Source: an uncultured delta proteobacterium
GTDB taxonomy: Bacteria; Myxococcota_A; UBA9160; UBA4427
Assembly (NCBI GenBank): GCA_963822965.1
Contig: CAWGJT010000007.1
Location: 1-64,000, forward strand
Direction: 5' to 3'
DNA length: 64,000 bases
Numbering within the stretch: the stretch's first letter is position 1; every line of letters begins with the position of its first letter. This document shows, piece after piece, positions 1 to 9,276 of the stretch. The position numbers were made by a program, and so were the translations under genes. The notes below the pieces were generated by a model. The model was not told the DNA's origin. It searched no databases and saw nothing but the letters and a program-made list of their open reading frames with translations.

Positions 1-1
1 C

Positions 2-1009
2 CCGATCCTGCTGCTGTCGTTCCTCGGCGCGCCTCTTCTCGTCCTGGGCGTCCCGGCGTCGGGGCATGCGGGCGACGGCCGGCTCGAGATCAACCAAGCG
101 TGCGCGACCGGCGGCGGCTGCTTTGCCGGCGATGCATCGGGCTTTCCCGTCCGGATCGGCGCGCCGGGGAGCTACCTGCTCACCTCGAGCCTGGAACCCG
201 GCTCGGCGGATGCCATCGTGATCGGCGCCGGCGTGCGCGTGGTCACCATCGACCTGAACGGCTTCGTGATCCAGGGCCCGGCCACCGGCAGCGGGACGGG
301 CATTCGGGGCGAGTCGGGCGCTTCGGCCATCACGATCCGCAACGGCAGCGTCAGCTCCATGGGAGGCGACGCGATCGACATCGGCGGCTCCGCGGTGATC
401 GAGTCGGTGAACGCCCTCGGAAGCGGTGGCGATGGATTCGACGTGAACCAGACCTCCCTGGTGCGCGACTGCCGCATCGTGGGCAACGCCGGCTACGGCA
501 TCCGCTTCAGCGACGAGAGCTCCTTCTACAGCGGCAACGTCTTCGCCGCCAACGCTACCGGTTCGGTGCTGCTCGGGCGGGCGGGCGGCAGCAACCTGTG
601 CGACGACGCGCTCTGCAGCTCGGTGGACCGGCGGCGCTACTACGTGACGTCGGGGTCCTACCCGGGGAGCGCCGCGGGCGCCCCGGGCGTGTGCGCGCCG
701 GGCTTTCACTTCGCCAGCTTCTTCGAGCTCGTCGATCCCTCGAGCCGGATCTACGACGAGAGCCTCGGCCTGAGCCTCGGCACGGGGGCGCCGATCGACG
801 TCCCGGGCTGGTTCGAGGTCGGCACGACCCTGAGCGACCCGTCCCTGCGCTGTAGCGGCTGGAGCACGACCACGGGAACGGGCTTCGGAGCCCGGCTGGC
901 GTTCGGCGATCTGACGAGCCCGAGTCCGCCGACGCCGGCGGCTTCGCCGTGGACCGCCGTCCTGGTGCCCTGCAGCTCGAGCCTGCGCGTCTGGTGCGCC
1001 GAGGACTGA
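2..1009 (+). CDS. Secreted right-handed beta-helix repeat protein (5' end outside window)
   Basis: Frame is open from base 2: signal-like PILLLSFLGAPLLVLG.., then GDGRLEINQACATGGGCFAGDASGFPVRIGAPGSYLLTSSL, IDLNGFVI and GN-rich beta-helix turns; Cys-rich C-terminus. Confidence 0.75.
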   Translation, partial: PILLLSFLGAPLLVLGVPASGHAGDGRLEINQACATGGGCFAGDASGFPVRIGAPGSYLLTSSLEPGSADAIVIGAGVRVVTIDLNGFVIQGPATGSGTGIRGESGASAITIRNGSVSSMGGDAIDIGGSAVIESVNALGSGGDGFDVNQTSLVRDCRIVGNAGYGIRFSDESSFYSGNVFAANATGSVLLGRAGGSNLCDDALCSSVDRRRYYVTSGSYPGSAAGAPGVCAPGFHFASFFELVDPSSRIYDESLGLSLGTGAPIDVPGWFEVGTTLSDPSLRCSGWSTTTGTGFGARLAFGDLTSPSPPTPAASPWTAVLVPCSSSLRVWCAED

Positions 1010-1067
1010 GCCCGGGCCGAGCTCGACGCACGAGGCGCCGAGCGGGCCACGGCAGGGACCCGGTGCC

Positions 1068-1574
1068 TCAGCGATCGGCGGCGTGCCGGCGAGCGCGCGG
1101 CCGGAGGACCAACGCCAGGGCGAGGCCGAGCAGGAGCCCGGTCGACGGCTCCGGAACCCGGCCGTAGAAGCTCAGGTGTGAGAGCGCCGGGAGCTGGCAG
1201 CCGGGGTTCGGGATGTCGAGGGTGTCCCACGTCTCACCCGAGGGATCCATCACCTCGAACAGCGCGAAGTTCGGGCCCGCCTTCACGACGAAGTAGCGCG
1301 GCTCGATCTCGGCGCCCCGGTTGCTCCAGGCCCCGCTCGTCTCGTCGTCGAAGCTCACCTGGAAGAGGCTTCCGTCGTCTTCCCCGGGCGCGCGCTCGAT
1401 CAGCACCAGATCGGGCTCGCCCAGGATCTCGCAGACCGCGCAGCGATCGTTCCCCTCGCTGTAGAAGTCGTTGCCCGAGAACGTGCCGACCAGCGAGCCC
1501 GCAGACGCGGCCGCGGGCACGAGCAGAGCCATCGAGATTGCAGACATCAGAAGCCGGGCCACGAGCCGGTGCAC
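1068..1574 (-). CDS. PEP-CTERM sorting-domain protein
   Basis: GAGGAGG RBS before GTG at 1574; signal peptide; C-terminal VPEPSTGLLLGLALALVLRPRARR. Confidence 0.85.
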   Translation of the reverse strand: MHRLVARLLMSAISMALLVPAAASAGSLVGTFSGNDFYSEGNDRCAVCEILGEPDLVLIERAPGEDDGSLFQVSFDDETSGAWSNRGAEIEPRYFVVKAGPNFALFEVMDPSGETWDTLDIPNPGCQLPALSHLSFYGRVPEPSTGLLLGLALALVLRPRARRHAADR

Positions 1575-1689
1575 GAGCGATCCTCCTCGACCTCCCGCAT
1601 GTGGTCTGGGACGAGCGCTTGTGTCGGGCGGAATCCACCCCCTGCCGGAAAATCCCTTGCCCCCTGGGGGAATGCGGCGCTCCGGCCCC

Positions 1690-2212
1690 GGACAGGCTGC
1701 ACGTCTCGGTTCGCTACGTCTCGTTCCGCTGGGGCCTCGGCCGGCTCGGCAAGCTGGGCGCCCGGGCCGAGCGCGCCCTGGACGCGCTGGAGGTGGAGGA
1801 CTCACCCGAGAAGCTGATGGACTTCTACCGCCGATACGATCGAGACGAGATCGAGGACGAGACCTATCGGGAGCACCTATCGGCCCTCGAGGAGGGCTAT
1901 GCGCACCTGGACGCCCTGCTCGCGAGCGACCGCCGGCCCTTCCTGACCGGAGACACCTTCTCGGCCGCCGACATCATCTGGTCGATCAAGGTGCTCCGCA
2001 TCCACGAGTGCGGCTATCCCTTCCAGCGGAGCTTCCCCACCTTGTTCGCCTGGTACCAGCGGGTCTCCCAGCGCCGCGGATTTCGGGAAGGCGTGATGGC
2101 TCGCCACGGCACCATGAGCCGCGCCTTCCGGATCAAGGCGGCGGTCGAGAACCTCCTGGGGCGGGGTCTGCAGGGCATGAGCGCGAGACCGAGAATCCCC
2201 GCGCCGCGGTGA
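1690..2212 (+). pseudogene. 5'-truncated glutathione S-transferase (C-terminal domain only)
   Basis: LDALLASDRRPFLTGDTFSAADI..FPTLFAWYQRVSQR is a GST C-domain motif; no N-terminal thioredoxin domain or good start upstream. Confidence 0.6.
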
Positions 2213-2354
2213 CCGCCGATGCCGCCGGGTCGTAGGCCGGACGATCGAGGCCGCAGCCCGGCACGCCCGAGATCCTCTACGATTCGTGTCTCGCGCCCGT
2301 CCGCCTCCCGGGACGGCATGGGCCGCGCGCCGACAGCCCGAGGAGATCGACGCG

Positions 2355-3389
2355 TTGAGAGCCTGGCAGGTCGTGCAGCACGGACCGCCCGAGCAGGCGT
2401 TGAGGTCGGTGACGCTTCCCGAGCTGGCGCCGCCCGGCGCCGGGCTCGTCGCGGTCCGGGTGTCCGCGGTGTCTCTCAACTTCAACGACGTCGACATGTG
2501 CCATGGGCGCTACCCGACGATCGATCCGGCTCTGCCCTTCACCCTGGGCATGGATCTGTGCGGCGTCGTCGAGGCGGTCGGGCCGGGGTTGGAGGAATGG
2601 CTCGGACGGCGGGTGGTCTCGACGGGTCTCGGCGGCTTCGGTGCCCTCGCGGAGCGTTCCTACGCACCCGACGCCTCGCTCTTCGACGCGCCCGCGAGCC
2701 TCGACGATGCGGAGGCGGCGGCCTTCTTCATCCCGTTCCACACCATGCACCTGGCACTCTTTCGCAGGGCCCGCCTTCGGAGCGGGCAGACCCTGCTCGT
2801 CCACGCCGGCGCCGGCGGGCTGGGCTCGGCTGCGATCCAGCTGGGGGCCGCGGCCGGGGCGCGGGTATTCGCGACGGCCGGCTCTCCGGAGAAGATCGCG
2901 TTCTGCGAGCGGCTCGGGGCCGAGCGGGCCATCGACTACCGAGCCGGTGACTTCGTCGCCGAGGTGCTCGAGGCGACCGGCGGCCGCGGGGTCGACGTCG
3001 TCTGCGATCTGGTCGGCGGGCCGGTGGCCCTGCCTTCCTGGCGTTGCGTGGCCCACGAAGGGCAGTACCTGGTCGCCGGGTTCTCCTCCGGCATCGAGGC
3101 GGGCGAGGCCGGCCTTCCGCCTCGGCCCGTCGCCAAGGGCAACTTCTCCCTGGTAGGAGTCATGATGGCCTACCAGTCGCGAGAGGTTCCGGGCCTTCGA
3201 GACGCCGGCTTCAGCCCCTTCCCGCGCGAGGTCGGCGAAGAGACACACGCCGCGCTGCTCGAGCTGCTCGAGGCGGGAAGGATCGCGCCGGTCGTCGGGC
3301 GGCGCGTCTCGTTCGAGGAAGTGCCCGAGGCCTATCGGGACCTCGAGGCCAGGCGCACCATCGGCCGCACGGTGGTCGAGCTTCGCTGA
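2355..3389 (+). CDS. NADPH:quinone oxidoreductase / MDR zinc-binding dehydrogenase family
   Basis: GAGGAG RBS then TTG at 2355; VSLNFNDV..GRY, HAGAGGLG, GRGVDVVCDLVGG, RRTIGRTVV motifs. Confidence 0.9.
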   Translation: MRAWQVVQHGPPEQALRSVTLPELAPPGAGLVAVRVSAVSLNFNDVDMCHGRYPTIDPALPFTLGMDLCGVVEAVGPGLEEWLGRRVVSTGLGGFGALAERSYAPDASLFDAPASLDDAEAAAFFIPFHTMHLALFRRARLRSGQTLLVHAGAGGLGSAAIQLGAAAGARVFATAGSPEKIAFCERLGAERAIDYRAGDFVAEVLEATGGRGVDVVCDLVGGPVALPSWRCVAHEGQYLVAGFSSGIEAGEAGLPPRPVAKGNFSLVGVMMAYQSREVPGLRDAGFSPFPREVGEETHAALLELLEAGRIAPVVGRRVSFEEVPEAYRDLEARRTIGRTVVELR

Positions 3390-3545
3390 CCGGCGTCGCC
3401 AACCAGGCGAGCTGGCGACCCACGCGGGAGCGAGCGATCCTGCCACCGAGTACCCCCGAGAGCCTCCGATGGCGAATGCCGGCCGACGGTGGCCTACGCG
3501 GCGGATTCGCCCGTTCGCGAACGATGGACGACGAGGAAATCCGAA

Positions 3546-5147
3546 GTGACGAACGCGCCCGCCGAGGAGCTCGACGCGCTGGTGATCGGTGCGGGCATCA
3601 CCGGTCTCTACCAGCTCTACTCCCTCCTGCAGATCGGGTTCGACGCGAAGATCTACGAGGCCGGCGACGGTGTCGGCGGAACCTGGTACTGGAACCGCTA
3701 TCCCGGCGCACGCCTGGACTCCGAGAGCTGGGCCTACGCGTACTCGTTCTCCGACGAGCTGCTCCAGGAATGGGACTGGTCCGAGCACTTCGTGGGGCAG
3801 CCGGAGCTCGAGCGCTATCTCAACTTCGTCGCCGACAAGTTCGAGCTGCGGCCCCACATCCGTCTGGGCTCCCGGGTGCGAAAGGCGATCTGGGACGAGG
3901 CCGCGAGCCGTTGGGACGTCGAGACGGAGGACGGCCACCGCGCCAGGCCCCGGTTCGTGATCGCGGCCACCGGCCTCCTGTCCGCCGACTACGTCCCCGA
4001 CATTCCGGGCGTCGAGAGCTTCGAGGGAGAGTCCTTCCACACGGCTCGATGGCCGCGCGAGCCGGTCGATTTCTCGGGCAAGCGCGTCGGCGTGATCGGG
4101 ACCGGCTCCACGGGCATCCAGGTGATCCCGGAGGTCGCGAAGGACTGCGCGCATCTGACCGTCTTCCAGCGCACGCCGAACTACGCGGTGCCGCTCCGAA
4201 ACTCTCCGATCGACGCGGAGTGGCGGAAGGAGCTCAAGGAGAACTACCAGGCCGTCTTCGAGAGGTGCCGGCAGAACTTCGGGGGCTTCATCCACGACGC
4301 CGATCCGCGCAAGACCCTGGAGGTGACGCCCGAAGAGCGGGAGGCCTTCTACGAGGACATCTGGGGAAAGCCCGGCTTCGCGAAGTGGTTCGGCAACTTC
4401 CGGGACCTGATGACCAACAAGGAGGCGAACGAGCTCTACTGCGAGTTCGTCCGCAACAAGATCCGGGAGCGCGTCAAGGACCCGGTGGTCGCGGAGAAGC
4501 TCTGCCCGAAGAACCACCACTTCGGCGCCAAGCGAATCCCGATGGAGACGGACTACTACGAGACGTACAACCGGGACAACGTGCTTCTCGTCGACGTGCG
4601 CGAGCACCCGATCGAGCGCATCACGCCGACGGGCGTGAAGACCGACGACGCCACGTACGAGCTCGACGTCCTGATCTACGCCACGGGCTTCGACGCCTTC
4701 ACCGGCGAGGTCACCCGCATGGACGTCCGAGGCGTGGGAGGGCAGACGATCCAGGAGCACTGGGCCGACGGGGCCAGCCTGTACATGGGGCTCCAGACCA
4801 CCGGCTTCCCGAACTTCTTCATGGAGAACGGCACGGTCTTCTGCAACTTCACCCGCTGCGCGGAAGCCACCGTGGAGTTCGTGAGCCGCTGCATCGCCTA
4901 CATGCGCGACAACGGCTTCGAACGCATCGAGGCCGAGCCGGAGGCGGAAGCGAAGTGGGTCGAGGGCACTCGCGCGTTCGTCACCGGGCTGCCGCTCCAG
5001 TCCCCGGCCGTGAGCACCTGGCTCGATGGCAGCAACGTCCCCGGCAAGCCGGTCGCGGGGCTCGTGTACGGGGGCGGCCTGGCCAAGTACACCAAGCTCT
5101 GCGAAGACGTGGCCGCCAAGGGCTACGAAGGCTTCAAGCTCACCTGA
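3546..5147 (+). CDS. Baeyer-Villiger monooxygenase (type I)
   Basis: GAGITG, GGTWYWNRYPGARLDSES, fingerprint FEGESFHTARWP, GTGSTG, ATGFDA. Confidence 0.95.
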   Translation: MTNAPAEELDALVIGAGITGLYQLYSLLQIGFDAKIYEAGDGVGGTWYWNRYPGARLDSESWAYAYSFSDELLQEWDWSEHFVGQPELERYLNFVADKFELRPHIRLGSRVRKAIWDEAASRWDVETEDGHRARPRFVIAATGLLSADYVPDIPGVESFEGESFHTARWPREPVDFSGKRVGVIGTGSTGIQVIPEVAKDCAHLTVFQRTPNYAVPLRNSPIDAEWRKELKENYQAVFERCRQNFGGFIHDADPRKTLEVTPEEREAFYEDIWGKPGFAKWFGNFRDLMTNKEANELYCEFVRNKIRERVKDPVVAEKLCPKNHHFGAKRIPMETDYYETYNRDNVLLVDVREHPIERITPTGVKTDDATYELDVLIYATGFDAFTGEVTRMDVRGVGGQTIQEHWADGASLYMGLQTTGFPNFFMENGTVFCNFTRCAEATVEFVSRCIAYMRDNGFERIEAEPEAEAKWVEGTRAFVTGLPLQSPAVSTWLDGSNVPGKPVAGLVYGGGLAKYTKLCEDVAAKGYEGFKLT

Positions 5148-5217
5148 CGAGACCGCGACCGCGGGATCGGTGCGGGCGCGCTCCCGGTCGAACCGTCGGC
5201 GTGTTCGTGCGGACCGG

Positions 5218-6027
5218 CTACCGCGCCGCCCTCGCGGCAGCGGACGCCGCCTCGAGCGGTGGAGCGTGGACGGGGTCGCACTGTAGGTAGGGCTCGTGCG
5301 CGAGCCAGTCCGGGTCGTCGCCGTACACGAAGAGTGCCGCGCCGTCCGCGAGGGCGTCGAGCACCTCGGGTGCGACCTCGGGGGAGAGCGCGGGACAGCC
5401 GTAGCTGCGTCCCAGGCGGCCGAAGCGGGCGGCCTGGCTCTCGCTCACGTACCAGGCGCCGTGGATCACGATGGCACGCTGGTAGGCGGCGTCGTTCACG
5501 CCGGGCTCGAGGCCGTGCAGCCGCAGGGAGCGGCCGTAGCGGCCCGCGTAGGTCTCGCCGGTGACGAAGAGCCCCAGGCTCGAGCGATGGGAGCCGAGTG
5601 CGTTCGAGAAGCGCGTAGCGCGCAGGTCGCCGCTGCCCTGTCCGTGGGCCACCAGCTCGCTGCGCTCGATCCGGCCGGTGCGAGCGTCGACGAGCCAGAA
5701 TCGCGGAAGCGTCGAGGGAAGCGAGTAGTCGATCACGGCGAGCACGGGACGCCGAACGGTTCCCTGCGCGCGGCCGCAGGCATAGGCGCGCAAGGCGAGC
5801 TCCAGCACCTCGCGTCGCGGCGGGGGCCGCGAAGAAGCATCGGTCGCTGCAGAGGCAGTGAGCGCAGAAGCAGGAAGCGCAGAAGACGAGAGGGGGGAGA
5901 GGCCGGAAGAGTAGGAGAGGGGCGCGGGATCGGTGCCCGAAGCCGTGCAACCTGCCACCAGCGCTGCAACCACGAGGGTGCAGATCCGGAGCAGACGACG
6001 TCGCTGGGGGGCGAGCGGCATCCTCAC
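5218..6027 (-). CDS. Murein L,D-transpeptidase catalytic-domain (YkuD_2-like) lipoprotein
   Basis: Lipobox LVAGC; VIDYSLPS..VAHGQGSG..FSN..SSLG..RAIVIHGAWYV..GRSYGCPAL. Confidence 0.9.
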   Translation of the reverse strand: MRMPLAPQRRRLLRICTLVVAALVAGCTASGTDPAPLSYSSGLSPLSSSALPASALTASAATDASSRPPPRREVLELALRAYACGRAQGTVRRPVLAVIDYSLPSTLPRFWLVDARTGRIERSELVAHGQGSGDLRATRFSNALGSHRSSLGLFVTGETYAGRYGRSLRLHGLEPGVNDAAYQRAIVIHGAWYVSESQAARFGRLGRSYGCPALSPEVAPEVLDALADGAALFVYGDDPDWLAHEPYLQCDPVHAPPLEAASAAARAAR

Positions 6028-6163
6028 GCGGGGGTTCTCCTGCCGACGTGCGGTGTAGCACAGGGCTGGAGAGAACCTGCGTGGGGTTCGGCCCGCGTAT
6101 CGGTGGGGCTATCGAGCCCCGCTCGTGGAGGGACACAGAACAGTGACGGTCGTCATCCGGCGT

Positions 6164-6805
6164 TCATCCCGCGAAGGCGCGAAGCGCTTCCCGGCCTCCC
6201 TGCACGATCGGCAGCCCGTGCGCCAGCAGCAGGGTGTCCCAGTCGAGCGCGCACAGGCGCCGGTAGGCGTCGCGCAGGCCGCGCTTCACGTTCCGTACCT
6301 GCTCGGGGTCGTCGGCGATCAGGAAGTCGGGCACGAAGTCCAACGGCCCGTCGCCGCCGCCCTCGCCCAGGCGCACCACGCCGTCCGCCACGGCCAGGCA
6401 GCCGCCCCCGGTCGGCAGGTCGAAGCGCAGCGCCGTCTCGTCCGGGCACAGGGCGCCCACGTCGTGCGACTCGATGCCGCCCGGAAGGCCGTCGCCCGCC
6501 CGGAAGCCGCGCACCCGCTCGCTCCCCGGCTCGCCTTCGATCTCGTGGAGCCCGAGCTCGTTGCACCACACCGGGCAGCCGAACGCGCCCACGATCTCGC
6601 TGGTGTGGCGCCAGTGGTGGCGGTTGGTGAGGATCACGTGCTCGGGCGGCCCGATCTCGCGCAGCCAGTCGAGCCCGCCGTCCGGCAGCAGCGGATCGAG
6701 CAGGATCCGCGCGTGGGCGATCCAGTAGCTGCTGACCTCCACTCGGATCTTCGGGTGCGCGACGGTCCAGTGGAGCAGTCCCGGGCGGATCTCCTGCGGA
6801 TGCAT
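6164..6805 (-). CDS. Metallo-beta-lactamase-fold-like hypothetical protein
   Basis: ILLDP, VILTNRHHWRH, AVADG, DTLLLAHG motifs. Confidence 0.7.
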   Translation of the reverse strand: MHPQEIRPGLLHWTVAHPKIRVEVSSYWIAHARILLDPLLPDGGLDWLREIGPPEHVILTNRHHWRHTSEIVGAFGCPVWCNELGLHEIEGEPGSERVRGFRAGDGLPGGIESHDVGALCPDETALRFDLPTGGGCLAVADGVVRLGEGGGDGPLDFVPDFLIADDPEQVRNVKRGLRDAYRRLCALDWDTLLLAHGLPIVQGGREALRAFAG

Positions 6806-6870
6806 GTGCCGGAGCCTACCGCAGCCTCCTCCTTGCACGCAGACGCCGACCCATGCGGTCGGCCTGCTAG

Positions 6871-7789
6871 GAGCCTGACCCAAGACACAAGGCGATGAGC
6901 CACCGACGGATGAAGCAGGCGGAAGCGGAGCTGGAGGCCGAGATCCGGACGATCCGGAGGAAGCTCGATCAGGTGAACGATCGAGAAGATGACGAGCACG
7001 GGGACGACGACGGCAGTGGGGGCTTGCCGGCGGAGCTGCAGGATCGGCAACGGCGGATCGAGAAGCTGCGGGCGGTGCGCGAGCAACTGGAGGCGGAACG
7101 GGGGGAGAAACTGAAGCCGAGCAGCCAGAAGAGCTTCGCGGATCCCGACGCCAACATGATGATGACGGGCGAGGGATCGCTGCAGTACTGCTACAACGCG
7201 CAGGTAGCGGTGAGCGAGGACGGCGTGATCGTGGCGACGGGCATGACCGACTCGCCCCTCGATGTGCAGCAGCTGGTCCCGATGGTGGAGGCGGTGAAGA
7301 AGACGACGGGGCGCAAGCCTGAGGTGGCCGTGGCAGACGCCGGCTATCTGAGCGAGTCGAACCTCGAGCAGCTCCACCGGAAGCAGCAGCGTTGCCTGGT
7401 GGCGGTGCGGGGCCGCAAGCCGCGCTCCTGGCCGCGCGGGCCTCACACCCAACGAATGCACCGGACCTTGCGAGTGCCCTGGGCGAGGAGGATCTACGAC
7501 CACCGCAAGACCCAGGGCGAGCGTCCCTTCGCCGAGATCAAGCAGACGATGCGCTTCCGTCGCTTCGCCTTACGCGGCAGAGCCAACATCCGGGGCGAGT
7601 GGGACCTGGTGTGCGCGGCCGCCAACCTCCTGCACCTTCACCGAGTCGCAATGGCATGAAGGAGCGAGGTGCCACCGCCGTCCACGCCTTAGATGGCTCG
7701 ACGAGCCCTGTGCGAGGACCCGAAACAACCCCCAGCCGCCACCAGAAGCCGCGCCAGTACCTCGTGGCGGCGCGTCTTGGGTCAGGCTC
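6871..7789 (+). mobile_element. Internally deleted IS1182-family insertion sequence
   Basis: Perfect 16-bp terminal IRs GAGCCTGACCCAAGAC (6871-6886, 7774-7789) flanked by CTAG on both sides (6867-6870, 7790-7793). Confidence 0.85.
6895..7659 (+). pseudogene. IS1182-family DDE transposase, C-terminal portion
   Basis: (HK)AMS..RM, SFADPDANMM, YNAQVAV, ADAGYLSE, RKTQGERPFAEIK..RRFALRG..EWDLVCAAANL; N-terminal part absent. Confidence 0.85.
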
Positions 7790-7796
7790 CTAGCTG

Positions 7797-7820
7797 AGGG
7801 AGCCCGTTGGGCTCCCTTTG
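7797..7820. terminator. Terminator-like hairpin
   Basis: AGGGAGCCC-GTT-GGGCTCCCT followed by TTG, between convergent genes. Confidence 0.4.
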
Positions 7821-7852
7821 CGGCGCAAGCCGACCCATGCTGGGTCGGCCTG

Positions 7853-9043
7853 CTAGCGGGCCGGACCGTGCCCGGGGCGGAGGTCGGGGTCGAGCAGCAC
7901 GCAGTGGGTGCCCTGGTAGATCGTGGGCATGCACTTGTTGCAGTGGACGCAGAGAGCCTCGCGCGTGTCGCCCGCCTGCCAGCGCCGCAGCAGCGTGGGC
8001 TCGCGCAGCAGGGCGCGGCCCAGCGCCACGAAGGCGAAGCCTTCGTCGAGCGCGCGCTGCACCGTATCCAGGCGGTTGACGCCGCCCAGCAGGACGAGCG
8101 GCAGCGACAGCGCCTCGCGGAACTGGCGCGCGTAGGGCAGGAAGTACGCCTCCTCGAAGGGGTAGGAGGGGAGAAAGCGCGATCCCATCAGGCGCAGCCC
8201 GGTGCGCAGGGGCTGCGGAAACGCGCGAGCCATCTCCTCGATCGGTGCGTCGCCCCGGAACAGGTACATGGGGTTGCGGAACGAGCTGCCGCCGCTCAGC
8301 TCGAGGGCGTCGAGGGCGCCATCGGACTCCAGCAGACGCGCCGCTTCGAGGCTCTCGTCGAGCCAGATGCCGCCCGGGTAGCCGTCGGCCATGTTGAACT
8401 TGGCGATCAGCGCCATCGAGGGCCCCACCGCGTCGCGCACGGCGCGCACCACGCTGCGCGGGAACGCCGCGCGGTTCTCGATGCTGCCGCCGAAGCGGTC
8501 CCGGCGGCGGTTGAGCGCCGGGCTCAGGAACGCGCTCAAGAGGTAGTTGTGGCCGAGGTGCAGCTCCAGGGCGTCGAAGCCGGCGTCTTGCAGCAGGCGC
8601 GCCGACCGCACGAAGTCGTCGCGGATGCGCGCCATGTCGCCCTCGTCGACCGCCGCGGTGAAGCGCATCGCCATCGCGCTGAAGACGCGCGACGGCGCCA
8701 AGCCCTTTCGGCCGGTGCTCGCCGCGACGGGACCCGCATGCCCGATCTGCGCGGAGACGGCTGCCCCCTCGGCGTGGACGGCCTCGGCCAGCCGGCGCAG
8801 GCCCGCCGCCGCCTCGGGACGGACGACGATCTCGGCCGGCGCACCCTGGCCGTCCTCGGAGACGGCCAGGTAGGCGACCGTCGTCATGCCGAGGCCTCCC
8901 GCCGCCATCGCTCGGTGGAAGTCGATCAGCCGATCGCTGACGAGGCCATCGACCGCCATGCCCTCGAAGGTGGCGGCTTTGATGAAGCGGTTGCGCAGGG
9001 TCAGCGGGCCGAGCGCGGCGGCAGCGAACGGATCGATCGTCAT
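7853..9043 (-). CDS. NADH:flavin oxidoreductase (old yellow enzyme family)
   Basis: LRNRFIKAATFE, QIGHAG, GFDALELHLGHNYLLSAFLSP..NRRRDRFGGSIENR, CVHCNKC. Confidence 0.93.
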   Translation of the reverse strand: MTIDPFAAAALGPLTLRNRFIKAATFEGMAVDGLVSDRLIDFHRAMAAGGLGMTTVAYLAVSEDGQGAPAEIVVRPEAAAGLRRLAEAVHAEGAAVSAQIGHAGPVAASTGRKGLAPSRVFSAMAMRFTAAVDEGDMARIRDDFVRSARLLQDAGFDALELHLGHNYLLSAFLSPALNRRRDRFGGSIENRAAFPRSVVRAVRDAVGPSMALIAKFNMADGYPGGIWLDESLEAARLLESDGALDALELSGGSSFRNPMYLFRGDAPIEEMARAFPQPLRTGLRLMGSRFLPSYPFEEAYFLPYARQFREALSLPLVLLGGVNRLDTVQRALDEGFAFVALGRALLREPTLLRRWQAGDTREALCVHCNKCMPTIYQGTHCVLLDPDLRPGHGPAR

Positions 9044-9276
9044 TCTCAGCTCCCGGGCGCCAAGGATGCCTCAGTCCCGCGACCTGCGCGCGTCCATCTC
9101 GCCGCGCGACCCAGGGGCGGGCCACGAGGCCCGTGGCGATCAGGAGCCCGGTTCCCGGCTCCGGGCTGGTCGGCTCCAGCCCGGGAATCGCCGAAGAAGC
9201 ATGCTCGATCGCCTGGTCTCGTCCGGGTGGAGAGCGGTCGTGCGCGTTGACGTCCGAAGTGAGTAGACTTGCACGG

